This document shows, piece by piece, positions 35,492 through 44,541 of a stretch of 64,000 nt of DNA. The notes under the pieces are model-generated. The model was not told the DNA's origin. It ran no database searches and saw nothing but the letters and a program-made list of their open reading frames with translations. The DNA is from an uncultured Bacteroidota bacterium. GTDB taxonomy: Bacteria; Bacteroidota; Bacteroidia; Bacteroidales; P3. The DNA is taken from NCBI GenBank assembly GCA_902800395.1, contig CADCEC010000009.1, positions 10,488 to 74,487 of the forward strand, read 5' to 3'. The position numbers and the translations under genes are program-made. Each line of letters begins with the position of its first letter. Positions within the stretch are counted from its first letter, which is position 1.

Positions 35492-36452
35492 AAAACAGGC
35501 AGACGCCCACAACGCTGATGACGGCGCCGAGAATCTCGCGGAGGGTCACCTTTTGATGGAAGAGCCATGCCGCGGGAGCGATGATGAGGATGGGCGTGAG
35601 GGCGAAGAGGGTCTGCGCAATGCCCGTGGAGGTATACTGCGTGGCCAGCAGCGAAGCACTGACGCCGACAAAAGGACCGAAGACGGTGGCACCCAGCAAA
35701 CACCACATGGCCTTGCGGTCGTGGGCAGCATGACTCAGTTTCTGCTTCCAGTCTTTATTGAAAATCACCAGCAGCACAAAGAATCCCACCAACCCTATCG
35801 AAGCCCGTATCATGGTGGCCGAGAAGGGAACGGAGAACTGCAGCGGGACCGGCAGCAACGCCCCGTCGGGCACCGTCGACGGGTCGATACCTACCGCCGA
35901 CAAAGCTTTACCGTAATACTCCAAACCCATCTTGCTCAGCACCAGGCCGAACCCCTGGCAGATGCCCGCCATTGCAGCAAAGAAAACTCCTTTTGCAGGA
36001 AGTCCCAACTTAACAGAATTGTCTTTCTTCGAAAGTATCGACAGGGCTATTCCCGTCAGTGTCACCACCATACCCACGATGGCTAGCCAACTCATCTTCT
36101 CACCCAACAGCAAAAAACCCGTGATGGCCGCCGTAGGTGCCGAAAGCGTCATGAAGAGCTGTCCAAAACGTGAGCCAATATAGATATATCCTTGCATCAG
36201 GCAGTAGTCGCCGATGACATACCCCACCACTCCCGAGAACGTCAGCCACAACCAAGTCTGTCCGTCGGCAAAACGCGGCCAAGGTTCTCCCATCAGCAGC
36301 CACAGCGTCACCGCCAGTAGCATCAGCGACATCGTCATGCGCAGCGTGTTCAGCGGCAGAGAGCCCATGCGCTTCGATGCAACCTCGGCGAACAAAGCCG
36401 TCGCTGTCCACGACACCGCCACTCCCAATGCAATAGTCTCACCGATAAACAT
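35484..36452 (-). CDS. DMT (EamA) family transporter
   Basis: Ten-TM-like hydrophobic profile and duplicated EamA halves. Confidence 0.75.
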   Translation of the reverse strand: MFIGETIALGVAVSWTATALFAEVASKRMGSLPLNTLRMTMSLMLLAVTLWLLMGEPWPRFADGQTWLWLTFSGVVGYVIGDYCLMQGYIYIGSRFGQLFMTLSAPTAAITGFLLLGEKMSWLAIVGMVVTLTGIALSILSKKDNSVKLGLPAKGVFFAAMAGICQGFGLVLSKMGLEYYGKALSAVGIDPSTVPDGALLPVPLQFSVPFSATMIRASIGLVGFFVLLVIFNKDWKQKLSHAAHDRKAMWCLLGATVFGPFVGVSASLLATQYTSTGIAQTLFALTPILIIAPAAWLFHQKVTLREILGAVISVVGVCLFFI

Positions 36453-36461
36453 AACAACAGA

Positions 36462-36905
36462 TTAAAACCAGCCTGTCTGGACCAACAAATTAGCGGTAAC
36501 AACATAGCGGAAGGCCTTGCCGACGAACATGACCGCCAGCGTCTTCCACGGATTGGTGCGCATCAATCCCAGCGCGATGGAGATGAGGTCGCCCACCAGC
36601 GGCGCCCACGAGAGCAAGGCCGCCCAGACGCCATATTTATTCACACGGACGTGCACCTTCATCAGTTTCTCGCGGTTGACCTTGAAATACTTCTCCAGCC
36701 ACTCCCACTTGCAGAGCCATCCCATAAGGAAACTAATCATACCACCAGCGGTATTGCCTATCGAAGCCACCAGAATGATGATGAATAAAGGATATGCCTG
36801 CATCTTCATGGCACCCGCCACCAGAAACTCCGACGAGAACGGTATGATGGTGGCAGACAACATGCACCCCAGGAAAAGTCCGAAAAGTCCTAAACTTGCA
36901 AGCAT
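36462..36905 (-). CDS. YqaA/DedA-related (VTT domain) membrane protein
   Basis: IIPFSSEFLVAGAM and SWAPLVGDLISIALG. Confidence 0.7.
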   Translation of the reverse strand: MLASLGLFGLFLGCMLSATIIPFSSEFLVAGAMKMQAYPLFIIILVASIGNTAGGMISFLMGWLCKWEWLEKYFKVNREKLMKVHVRVNKYGVWAALLSWAPLVGDLISIALGLMRTNPWKTLAVMFVGKAFRYVVTANLLVQTGWF

Positions 36906-36983
36906 TCTGCCCTCTTAACGGACACTGACAGAATTTATTGTACCAATACAATAAAAAAAGCACCGTCACGTTATTTGTTCCGT

Positions 36984-38090
36984 ATGAACATACGAAAATC
37001 CACTCCTGACGACATCCACCTCATCCTGAACATGTACGACCACTCGCGTAGCGTAATGCGGGCCGACGGCAACATGACCCAGTGGGTGGGTTACCCTCTG
37101 CGCGAGGACGTGGAAGAGGATATTAAGAGAGGGGTATCATATATAGTGGAAAGTGGAAAGTGGAAAGTGGAAAGTACAGGTACCTTCGCTTTAGTGCCTG
37201 GAGAGGAACCCACCTACAACTATATCGACCATGGGCGCTGGATTGACGAGCAGACCCCCTACTCTACCCTGCACCGCATGGCGGCTCTATCCGGCACCCA
37301 CGGCATCGCCGACATCGCCTTCCGCTATGTCAAAGAGCAAGCCTCCCACCTGCGTGTAGACACCCACCATGACAACCGTCCCATGCGTCATATCCTCGAG
37401 AAGGAAGGCTTCGTCTACTGCGGCATCATCTACATGCCCGACGGTGCCCCGCGCGACGCCTATGAGTGGTGGCGCTACGACTGCGTGCCCGCCGACCTCA
37501 AGGAATATGTGGAGACCGTCATCCTCCCACAGCACGAGCACTACGATGCCGCCCACCGACCCGACCATATCCGTCGCGTGATTGCCCGAAGCATGATGCT
37601 TCAGCCGTCGGCTGTCACCTATATTGCCGCCGCCATGCATGATATTGGCATCTGCGAAGGACGTGAAGTGCACCACCTGGCCTCGGGCCGCATCATCCGC
37701 GCCGACCAACACCTGCGCCGTTGGTTCAACGAAGAGGAAATAGAACTTATCGCCCAGGCCGCTGAAGACCATCGCGCTTCCGCCACCACCAAGCCGCGCT
37801 CCCTACTGGGATGCATCCTCTCCGAGGCCGACCGCGACATCGAGCCCGAAACCATCGTGCGCCGCACCGTGGAGTACGGCTTCAGCCACTACCCCACTCT
37901 CGACCGCGAAGGACATTGGCAGCGCACCCTCGAACACCTACATGAGAAATACGCCGAAGGCGGCTACCTGAAGCTCTGGATGGACGACAGCCCCAATGCC
38001 GCCCCACTGGCCGACCTCCGCGAACTCATTCACAACGAGAGACGCCTGCGTTCCCTCTTCGACAACCTCTTCGACACAATAAGTCATTAA
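36984..38090 (+). CDS. Fusion protein with an N-terminal GNAT acetyltransferase and a C-terminal HD-domain phosphohydrolase
   Basis: GNAT half (HRMAALSGTHGIA...DNRPMRHILEKEGF). HD half (AAMHDIGI, AEDHRAS, SEADRD). Carries one (GGAAAGT)n insert. Confidence 0.7.
   Translation: MNIRKSTPDDIHLILNMYDHSRSVMRADGNMTQWVGYPLREDVEEDIKRGVSYIVESGKWKVESTGTFALVPGEEPTYNYIDHGRWIDEQTPYSTLHRMAALSGTHGIADIAFRYVKEQASHLRVDTHHDNRPMRHILEKEGFVYCGIIYMPDGAPRDAYEWWRYDCVPADLKEYVETVILPQHEHYDAAHRPDHIRRVIARSMMLQPSAVTYIAAAMHDIGICEGREVHHLASGRIIRADQHLRRWFNEEEIELIAQAAEDHRASATTKPRSLLGCILSEADRDIEPETIVRRTVEYGFSHYPTLDREGHWQRTLEHLHEKYAEGGYLKLWMDDSPNAAPLADLRELIHNERRLRSLFDNLFDTISH
37146..37175 (+). repeat. (GGAAAGT)4 repeat, in frame in the GNAT-HD gene (VESGKWKVES)
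   Basis: gtggaaagtggaaagtggaaagtggaaagt. Confidence 0.9.
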
Positions 38091-38102
38091 ATAATCATAA
38101 TC

Positions 38103-38453
38103 ATGAGAAAAGCCCTATTACTCTTTTTCCTCGCCATCGGCTGCAGCGCTTACGCCCAACAGAAGGCCGTTGACGACTACGGCAACGCCGTGCGCCGCCT
38201 CACCTTCGACCGCGAGAACGTCAGCGTAGTCTATGCCGCCGGTGACTCTATCGCCCACCTGCATACTATGAATGTGACGCGCCAGAGCACCAGCGACACA
38301 ACCGTGGGCATCATCACCGTCGAACCCATCGAGGCCGACAGCGAGACCCTCATCTTCGACCTCAACGGCCGAAAAATTGACGTCATCCAACAGCCGGGCA
38401 TCTACATCGAAAAACGCGGAACGCGCATCCGCAAAATCGTCAAAATCAAGTAA
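38103..38453 (+). CDS. Small secreted protein, possibly with a T9SS type-A C-terminal tail
   Basis: Signal peptide ending CSAYAQ. The C-terminus LIFDLNGRKIDV..QPGIYIEKRG..IRKIVKIK resembles Por-type sorting tails. This call is weak. Confidence 0.4.
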   Translation: MRKALLLFFLAIGCSAYAQQKAVDDYGNAVRRLTFDRENVSVVYAAGDSIAHLHTMNVTRQSTSDTTVGIITVEPIEADSETLIFDLNGRKIDVIQQPGIYIEKRGTRIRKIVKIK

Positions 38454-38474
38454 AACTGCAAAGAGGCATCGAAT

Positions 38475-39848
38475 ATGAAAAAAATAATATTTGTTGTTTT
38501 GGTCCTTGCCATGGGTCTGACCGCCAACGCCAAGGTAGTGCATGTCTACTACGCTGACGGCGTGGAGGAGATTTATTCCAGTTCGCAACTGGGTGCCATC
38601 GATTTCAGACCTGACGGAACCGTCTTCATCACCGCCTACGACGGCAGCCGCCTCTCCCACCGCGAAGGCATCATGTTCCAGCGTGTCACCGTCGACGACA
38701 ATGAGGTTGTCACCGGTACCTATAACGAGAACCTGCAGCTCCCTTATGTTGGAGGTCTATCCATCTTCTCTCGCGACGTCACCCGGTTCAATTTTCTTTA
38801 TCCCTCCCACGACCCGCAGGGAAATCCCATCACCCTCAGTGGTTCCATCATCGTACCGCAGAACATCATGAACGGACGGAAAAATTCGCGCGGCATCGTG
38901 CTCACGCAGCGCTTCACCACCATCCATCGCGACGAGATTCCCACTCGAGGCTACGCCCCCACCTCCGCAGGTGTGCTTGCCAATCCGTTAAAGCCCAATT
39001 ATATCTCCATCGAGGTCGACTTCTATGGCTTCGGCTGTTCCGAGCGTTTCCCACAGGCCTTCTGTAGCGGCATCGCCAACGGGCAGGCCTCACTTGACGC
39101 ACTCATCGCCGGCCGTCGTATCCTCGAAAGCATGGGCATCAAATGCGGAGACCTTCTCTTCAACGTGGGCTACAGCAGCGGCGGCTACGATGCCATCGCC
39201 ACCCTCCGCGCGGCACAGATGCTCAATGGTTATGAAGACATCCATTTCGATAAGACCTTCGCCGGCGGCGGTCCTTACGACCTCGCCGAGCTCTACCGCG
39301 AATATGTGACACTCGACACCTTGGTATACAATGTCGGATTGCCGATAATTCTGTCCAGCCTCATTGAAAACGGATATCTAGACTACACCTATGAAGAACT
39401 CTTCACCCCTATCATTACCGACCACATCGACGACTGGATACTCTCCAAGAACTATACCACCGACCAAATCAAAGACTCCATCGGACGCAATCACACCACC
39501 AGCGATTTTTTGCAGCCTGCCTATCTCAACCTCTCCTCTCCCGAAAGCATGCTCCTGCAGACACAATTGGCTCAACTCTCCCTCAACGACACCAGCTGGG
39601 CTTCCGACCCCTCGGAACGCATCTATCTGTTCCACTCACAGTATGACGAGTATATTCCGTTCAGTATAGCCCAGCGGCTCGTGGATTTCCTGCTGGCCAA
39701 CGGCTATGTGCAAGGCAGCCAACTCAGTGATGCCAGCCTCCAGGTGGCCACTTCCTATACCCACCAAGGACATATCCTCAGTTCCATCGACTTCTTCCTG
39801 CACGTGGCTCCCTGTATCAAAAACTGGAGCCTGCTGCACAGCAACTAA
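38475..39848 (+). CDS. Secreted alpha/beta hydrolase (lipase/esterase-like)
   Basis: Signal peptide and the nucleophile elbow GYSSGG. Putative acid and His residues lie downstream. Confidence 0.55.
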   Translation: MKKIIFVVLVLAMGLTANAKVVHVYYADGVEEIYSSSQLGAIDFRPDGTVFITAYDGSRLSHREGIMFQRVTVDDNEVVTGTYNENLQLPYVGGLSIFSRDVTRFNFLYPSHDPQGNPITLSGSIIVPQNIMNGRKNSRGIVLTQRFTTIHRDEIPTRGYAPTSAGVLANPLKPNYISIEVDFYGFGCSERFPQAFCSGIANGQASLDALIAGRRILESMGIKCGDLLFNVGYSSGGYDAIATLRAAQMLNGYEDIHFDKTFAGGGPYDLAELYREYVTLDTLVYNVGLPIILSSLIENGYLDYTYEELFTPIITDHIDDWILSKNYTTDQIKDSIGRNHTTSDFLQPAYLNLSSPESMLLQTQLAQLSLNDTSWASDPSERIYLFHSQYDEYIPFSIAQRLVDFLLANGYVQGSQLSDASLQVATSYTHQGHILSSIDFFLHVAPCIKNWSLLHSN

Positions 39849-39860
39849 AATCTCTCCGAC

Positions 39861-40421
39861 CTATTCCACCCCTTCAAGGCTCATCAACGAGTGAACGGGG
39901 GCGATGTCCTCGAGAATCTTGCGTCCGCCCAAGACTGGCAGTTCCACCAGGAAGATAAACTCTTTAATGCGTATCCTCTTGCCGTCGATAACCTGCTGCT
40001 GCAATGAATCGACGATACCCTTCACCGTGCCACCCGTGGCCAGCAAGTCGTCGAAAAGGGTAATGTCGATATATTCACTGCTGCAGCACGCCGCGAAATC
40101 ACTACGCCTATAGAACAACTCGTCACTGCCATACTCTTTCATGATTTCCACCTTTACCAGGTCTCCCTCGGCATGCGGCAGTTTACCCTTCTTACGGAAA
40201 GGAACGATGTTCTTCACGTGGTCGCTCACCGATAGTAACGGTGCGGCGAAGAGGAAACCTCGGGCCTCGACGGTGGCCACATTGGGAGCCGTCGTCAGTC
40301 GGTCGATTTCCCTGACTGCCTGTTGGAAAGCCTCCTTATCCTGCAAGAAAGGCAGCACATCAATGAAATCGATTCCCGGTTTTGGGAAGCCCAAATAGTG
40401 TTTAATGACGTTTTCGAACAT
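39861..40421 (-). CDS. apt: Adenine phosphoribosyltransferase-like
   Basis: FPKPGIDFIDVLPFL, EARGFLFAAPL, and the PRPP motif LFDDLLATGGT. Confidence 0.8.
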   Translation of the reverse strand: MFENVIKHYLGFPKPGIDFIDVLPFLQDKEAFQQAVREIDRLTTAPNVATVEARGFLFAAPLLSVSDHVKNIVPFRKKGKLPHAEGDLVKVEIMKEYGSDELFYRRSDFAACCSSEYIDITLFDDLLATGGTVKGIVDSLQQQVIDGKRIRIKEFIFLVELPVLGGRKILEDIAPVHSLMSLEGVE

Positions 40422-40451
40422 AACTCTTAATTCTTAACTCTTAATTCTTTA
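40421..40451. repeat. (TAACTCT/TAATTCT)n heptamer repeat between the apt start and the atoE stop
   Basis: taactcttaattcttaactcttaattcttta. Confidence 0.85.
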
Positions 40452-41795
40452 CAAAGCCCAAATCACCAATCCGCCACAGATAATCACTCCCGTAATCAGC
40501 AGGTCCACCAAGCAGTAGCCCATGATGTCACGCGCCGAGAGCTTGGCAATGGCCAGTGCCGGCAGTGCCCAGAAGGGCTGGATGAGGTTGGTCCAGGCGT
40601 CGCCCCAGGCGATAGCCGTGCCCGTGAGTCCGTCGGCGACGCCGAGGGCCGCTCCCGCAGGCAGCATGATGGGGGCCTGAATGGCCCAATGGCCGCCACC
40701 CGACGGAACGAACATATTCAGCAGTGCAGCAAAGAGGAATGTCAGCAGCGGATAGGTCACCGGGGTGCTGATATTCACGCAGAAGTCGGCGATGACATTG
40801 CCCATGCTCACACCGCTGGCACCCACGCCTGTGATAATGCCCATGATACCGGCATAGAGCGGGAACTGCAGGATGATGCCCGCAGCGCCCGTGGTAGCCT
40901 TGCCGAAAGCTCGCACATAAGCCATCGGTGTGCCATGCAGCATCAGTCCCAACGAGAGGAATATCATGATGACGGTGCCCAAGTCGAGGCTACCGCCACG
41001 GAAGCCAAGCTTCGCAACCACATACGCCGCCAGTAGCAGCGCTATCATCCAAGAGAGGATGGGGCTGTTCTCAAGCCGCTGCGCAGGGGTTGGATTTTTA
41101 AGGTCCTTAGTGTCCTTAATATCCTTAGTGTCTTCTTCCAGCAGCACCGGATCCACCGTCACTGCCCCCTTCTTGGGGTGCATCAGGGTGTTGGCTACGG
41201 TGATAGCCACGATGACCAGCAGCACCATCACAAGGTTGTGCACGTCGAAGATGGTCTGCGACACCGGCACCGTGAGATTCATGGCGCCGCCCGTCACCTT
41301 GCCAATCTCACCCTCCGTGGCCATAGTCAGCGGGATGGAACCCGACACTCCGGCATGCCACACCACAAAGCCGCTGTAGGCCGAAGCGATGAGCAGTCGG
41401 TAGTCAACCCCTGCCAGCTGTCGCGCGATAGCCTTGGCGAAGACCACGCCGATGATAAGTCCAAAGCCCCAGTTCAACCAACAGGCCAACGCCGAAACCA
41501 CTGTCACCAAGGCTATTGCTGCCGCCGGTGTCTTGGGTATGCGCGCCAACGCGTCGATACCCCTCTTGATGGCGGGAGCCGCCGCCAGCGCACTGCCGCA
41601 CACCAGCACCAATGCCATCTGCATGGCGAAAGCCAGCAGGTTCCACACTCCCCCTCCCCAGTGCTCCACCACCTCGATGGGGGTCTGATGGCAGACAGGC
41701 ATCACCACCACCGCCGCCACGAAAGTCAGCAGGATGGCAAAGATAAACGGCTCAGGGAGCCACCGTTGTACCAAACGAACACAGATTTTTATCAT
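40449..41795 (-). CDS. atoE: Short-chain fatty acid transporter (AtoE family)
   Basis: The N-terminus VRLVQRWLPEPFIFAILLT and a polytopic profile are typical of the AtoE/TIGR00366 family. Confidence 0.8.
   Translation of the reverse strand: MIKICVRLVQRWLPEPFIFAILLTFVAAVVVMPVCHQTPIEVVEHWGGGVWNLLAFAMQMALVLVCGSALAAAPAIKRGIDALARIPKTPAAAIALVTVVSALACWLNWGFGLIIGVVFAKAIARQLAGVDYRLLIASAYSGFVVWHAGVSGSIPLTMATEGEIGKVTGGAMNLTVPVSQTIFDVHNLVMVLLVIVAITVANTLMHPKKGAVTVDPVLLEEDTKDIKDTKDLKNPTPAQRLENSPILSWMIALLLAAYVVAKLGFRGGSLDLGTVIMIFLSLGLMLHGTPMAYVRAFGKATTGAAGIILQFPLYAGIMGIITGVGASGVSMGNVIADFCVNISTPVTYPLLTFLFAALLNMFVPSGGGHWAIQAPIMLPAGAALGVADGLTGTAIAWGDAWTNLIQPFWALPALAIAKLSARDIMGYCLVDLLITGVIICGGLVIWAL
41098..41132. 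repeat. (CCTTAGTGT/CCTTAATAT) 9-nt repeat, in frame in atoE (DTKDIKDTKDLK)
   Basis: ttaaggtccttagtgtccttaatatccttagtgtc. Confidence 0.75.
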
Positions 41796-42880
41796 AAGCC
41801 CATCACTATTCGTATCTTGTTAGGAATATCCACATTCTCCTGAATACCGGAGAAGACGTGGGCGCCGGGACCATAGGAAAAGACGGGCACCATGCAGCCC
41901 GTATGGCTACCCCAGAGGAATTTCACCTCGTTCTCGCCCTTCTCGATATCGCCGCTGGGCAGCGTCACACCGCCGGTCTCGTGGTCGGCGGTAACCACCA
42001 CCAAAGTGTGGCCGTCGCGCTCCGCGAATTCAAGCACAGCATCGAGTACCCTCTCGAAATCTGCCATCTCGGCACGCAGGTAGGCCGTGTCGTTGTTATG
42101 GCAGGCCCAATCAATCTGCGACCCTTCAATCATCAGGGCGAAGCCCTTGGAGTTTCGGTTGAGTATATCAAGGGCCTTGCGAGTAGCCACCTCCAACATA
42201 TTGCCGCGTGAAGGAGCCGTCAGCGGGTCGCCCTCATAGAGCAAAGCCACCAAGCGGTCGCCACGGAACTTACGCATCTCGTCCAAAGTATTCACCACGG
42301 TGTAGCCGCGCTTTGACAGTGTGTCGAGGGGATCGAGACCGTCCTTTCGGTTTGAGGTCTCAAAATACTTTCCACCACCACCAATCATCACACTATGCTG
42401 GCATTGAGCCATCTGCAGACTCAGCGTATCGAACATCTTGCGATAAGGCACATGGCCGTAGGTAGAAGCAGGAGTGGCATCCAACACGCTGGAAGTCACC
42501 ACGAAACCTGTACTCTTTCCCTGGGCAACAGCGTCGTCGAAGATGGTATTGTAGCGTTCCGAGTCGGGTCCCCAGTTCACATGCTTGTTATCGACCTTAT
42601 GACCTGTGGTCAAAGCCGTTCCGCCGGCAGCGGAGTCGGTGCGGTACTTATTGCGGGAGTAGGTACGTGAAAAGCCGCTGAAAGGGAATAGCAGGAAAGC
42701 GGAATTTCTGTCGCGCTGCGCCACTACGGAAGTGTAGACTTGCGGCACCCCCATGCCATCGCCAATAACCAGGATGACATTCTTCGGTTTCTCCATCTTC
42801 AGAGTCGATGAACTGGAACACCCCGTCAGCAACAGTGGAGCCGCCAACAGCACAGAAAGAAGTATCTTCTTGATATTCAT
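41792..42880 (-). CDS. Alkaline phosphatase family lipoprotein
   Basis: Lipobox LLTGCSS. GDGMG, the active-site motif TDSAAGGTALTTG, and ADHETGG. I prefer the ATG at 42880, which fits the -7 box at 42916. Confidence 0.85.
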   Translation of the reverse strand: MNIKKILLSVLLAAPLLLTGCSSSSTLKMEKPKNVILVIGDGMGVPQVYTSVVAQRDRNSAFLLFPFSGFSRTYSRNKYRTDSAAGGTALTTGHKVDNKHVNWGPDSERYNTIFDDAVAQGKSTGFVVTSSVLDATPASTYGHVPYRKMFDTLSLQMAQCQHSVMIGGGGKYFETSNRKDGLDPLDTLSKRGYTVVNTLDEMRKFRGDRLVALLYEGDPLTAPSRGNMLEVATRKALDILNRNSKGFALMIEGSQIDWACHNNDTAYLRAEMADFERVLDAVLEFAERDGHTLVVVTADHETGGVTLPSGDIEKGENEVKFLWGSHTGCMVPVFSYGPGAHVFSGIQENVDIPNKIRIVMGL

Positions 42881-42915
42881 AAAGAACAAGCTTATTATGT
42901 CATAAATCAAAATTG

Positions 42916-42923
42916 CAAATATA
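42916..42923 (-). promoter_or_regulatory. -7 promoter box TATATTTG (alkaline phosphatase, atoE)
   Basis: Reverse complement of CAAATATA, upstream of the ATG at 42880. Confidence 0.45.
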
Positions 42924-42986
42924 CGAAAAAAAAAACGGTTTCTTTACAAGAACCGATACTTCGCACCAAATCAGTCATTTAAACCT

Positions 42987-43039
42987 CTGTTTAACCATTG
43001 TTTAACCATTGTTCTACCATTTTAATGGTTGAACAATAG
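42987..43039. repeat. Three direct TGTTTAACCAT-type 11-mers plus one inverted copy (hairpin 43008-43037)
   Basis: ctgtttaaccattgtttaaccattgttctaccattttaatggttgaacaatag. It may also act as the terminator for the 43076 gene. Confidence 0.7.
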
Positions 43040-43075
43040 TAGAAGAAACTGAAAATAAAGGTATTAATGATTTAC

Positions 43076-43624
43076 TTATTGTCCAGGATCCTGTAACGGA
43101 GTAGCGATGATATAGATGCCGATTTCGATACGAAATTCTTGGTCGAAGATGTCGCGCCGAATAATACGGTAGTGTGGGTCGTAGGCAGCTTTAAAGGCGG
43201 AACTATGAGTCATAACGAACTTGGAGTCAGGCGTGGGGAGGCCTTCCGTGCTTCGGAGGAGGGCGGAAACAAGTTTGTCGAGCGGGATGACGCCGCGCTT
43301 GACGAGGAGAAGGTTGACACGGACGAAGTTGCTGTCGCACAGCGTATATTCATAGAGGGGGAAGGGACCGTCGTTGATATCGCGGATGTCCTCTGGATAG
43401 GTGTCTTTCATCTCGGCGACCTCCTTGGAAATGTAGCGCACGGCGGCGAGAGAGTCGGTGAGCAGATGTCCGGGACCGTAGAGGTCTTGGAATACAAGTT
43501 TGTAGAGGTCTTGCGACTCGGCTGCGGGATAGCGCTCAGCATATTTTATCAAGGCCTCGTTACAAGGGATTTGTGCTGTTGCAATCATGGGCAGCAGTGC
43601 TATCAAAAGGAGATGCTTTTTCAT
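43076..43624 (-). CDS. Hypothetical secreted protein, translationally coupled to tatC
   Basis: Signal peptide MKKHLLLIALLPMIATAQ. Its start overlaps the tatC stop (ATGA). No family recognised. Confidence 0.55.
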   Translation of the reverse strand: MKKHLLLIALLPMIATAQIPCNEALIKYAERYPAAESQDLYKLVFQDLYGPGHLLTDSLAAVRYISKEVAEMKDTYPEDIRDINDGPFPLYEYTLCDSNFVRVNLLLVKRGVIPLDKLVSALLRSTEGLPTPDSKFVMTHSSAFKAAYDPHYRIIRRDIFDQEFRIEIGIYIIATPLQDPGQ

Positions 43625-44313
43625 TTTTCTACCTTTTTGACAATCAATATGCTGAGTTCCCAAAGGAGGTAAATCGGGATGGAGACGAGGGTGAGGGTGA
43701 AGGGGTCACCTGTGGGAGTGATAATGGCACCGACAATAAGGATAACGACGATGACGTGGCGACGGTATTTCCGCATGAAGGCGCTCTTGAGAATACCGAA
43801 TTTTCCTAACAACCAACAAAGTACAGGAAGTTCAAAGACGGCGCCCATCACCAGTGTCATAGTGACCAGCAACCCTATGTAGGAGGAAAGAGAAATTTGG
43901 TTAGGGACTTCCGGGGAAACCTGATAGGTACCGAGAAACTGGACAGTGAAAGGAAAGATAATGAAATAGTTGAGCAACACTCCTGCTAGGAAGAGTAGGT
44001 ATCCCCCACCGGCAGCGCGGATGGCCATGCGGCGTTCAAGTTCATAAAGTCCCGGAGCAACAAAGGCGAAGAGCTGGTAGATGAGATAGGGCGAGACGAC
44101 AATGATACCCATCCATAGGGCCACGCGCATGTGGGTAAAGAACTGCTGCGTGATTTCGATATTGATAAGCGAGATATTGTCGCCCTTGGGGGCGAGGATA
44201 ATGGCGAAGAGGGGCTCCTTGAAGCAGAAACAGGTCACCGCAGCGATAAGCGCGGCGACCAGCATGCGCCACAGCCGTGAGCGCAACTCGTCGAGATGCT
44301 CCCAGAAGGTCAT
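43621..44313 (-). CDS. tatC: Twin-arginine translocase subunit TatC
   Basis: MTFWEHLDELRSRL and a six-TM profile. Confidence 0.9.
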   Translation of the reverse strand: MTFWEHLDELRSRLWRMLVAALIAAVTCFCFKEPLFAIILAPKGDNISLINIEITQQFFTHMRVALWMGIIVVSPYLIYQLFAFVAPGLYELERRMAIRAAGGGYLLFLAGVLLNYFIIFPFTVQFLGTYQVSPEVPNQISLSSYIGLLVTMTLVMGAVFELPVLCWLLGKFGILKSAFMRKYRRHVIVVILIVGAIITPTGDPFTLTLVSIPIYLLWELSILIVKKVEK

Positions 44314-44317
44314 ACAA

Positions 44318-44400
44318 GTGGAAAACGGAAAGTGGAAAGTGGAAAGTTATTTGGCGTCAGCATCGTTTTCCACTTTACTCTTTCCACTTTCATCTTCCAC
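44318..44400. repeat. Inverted pair of (GGAAAGT)n blocks bracketing the tatA stop codon
   Basis: gtggaaaacggaaagtggaaagtggaaagt (44318-44347) versus ttttccactttactctttccactttcatcttccac (44366-44400). Confidence 0.85.
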
Positions 44401-44541
44401 ACCGTTCATTCCGTCCTTGAAGCTCTTGACGCCTTTGCCCACGCCGTGCATGAGTTCAGGGATTTTCTTGCCGCCGAAGAGCAGCAGGACGACAAGGACG
44501 ATGACGATAATTTCCCAGGTTCCTAACATTAACAGTTTCAT
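44347..44541 (-). CDS. tatA: Twin-arginine translocase subunit TatA/E
   Basis: TM helix followed by [19 protein letters not shown]. The C-terminal tail is repeat-derived. Confidence 0.9.
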   Translation of the reverse strand: MKLLMLGTWEIIVIVLVVLLLFGGKKIPELMHGVGKGVKSFKDGMNGVEDESGKSKVENDADAK

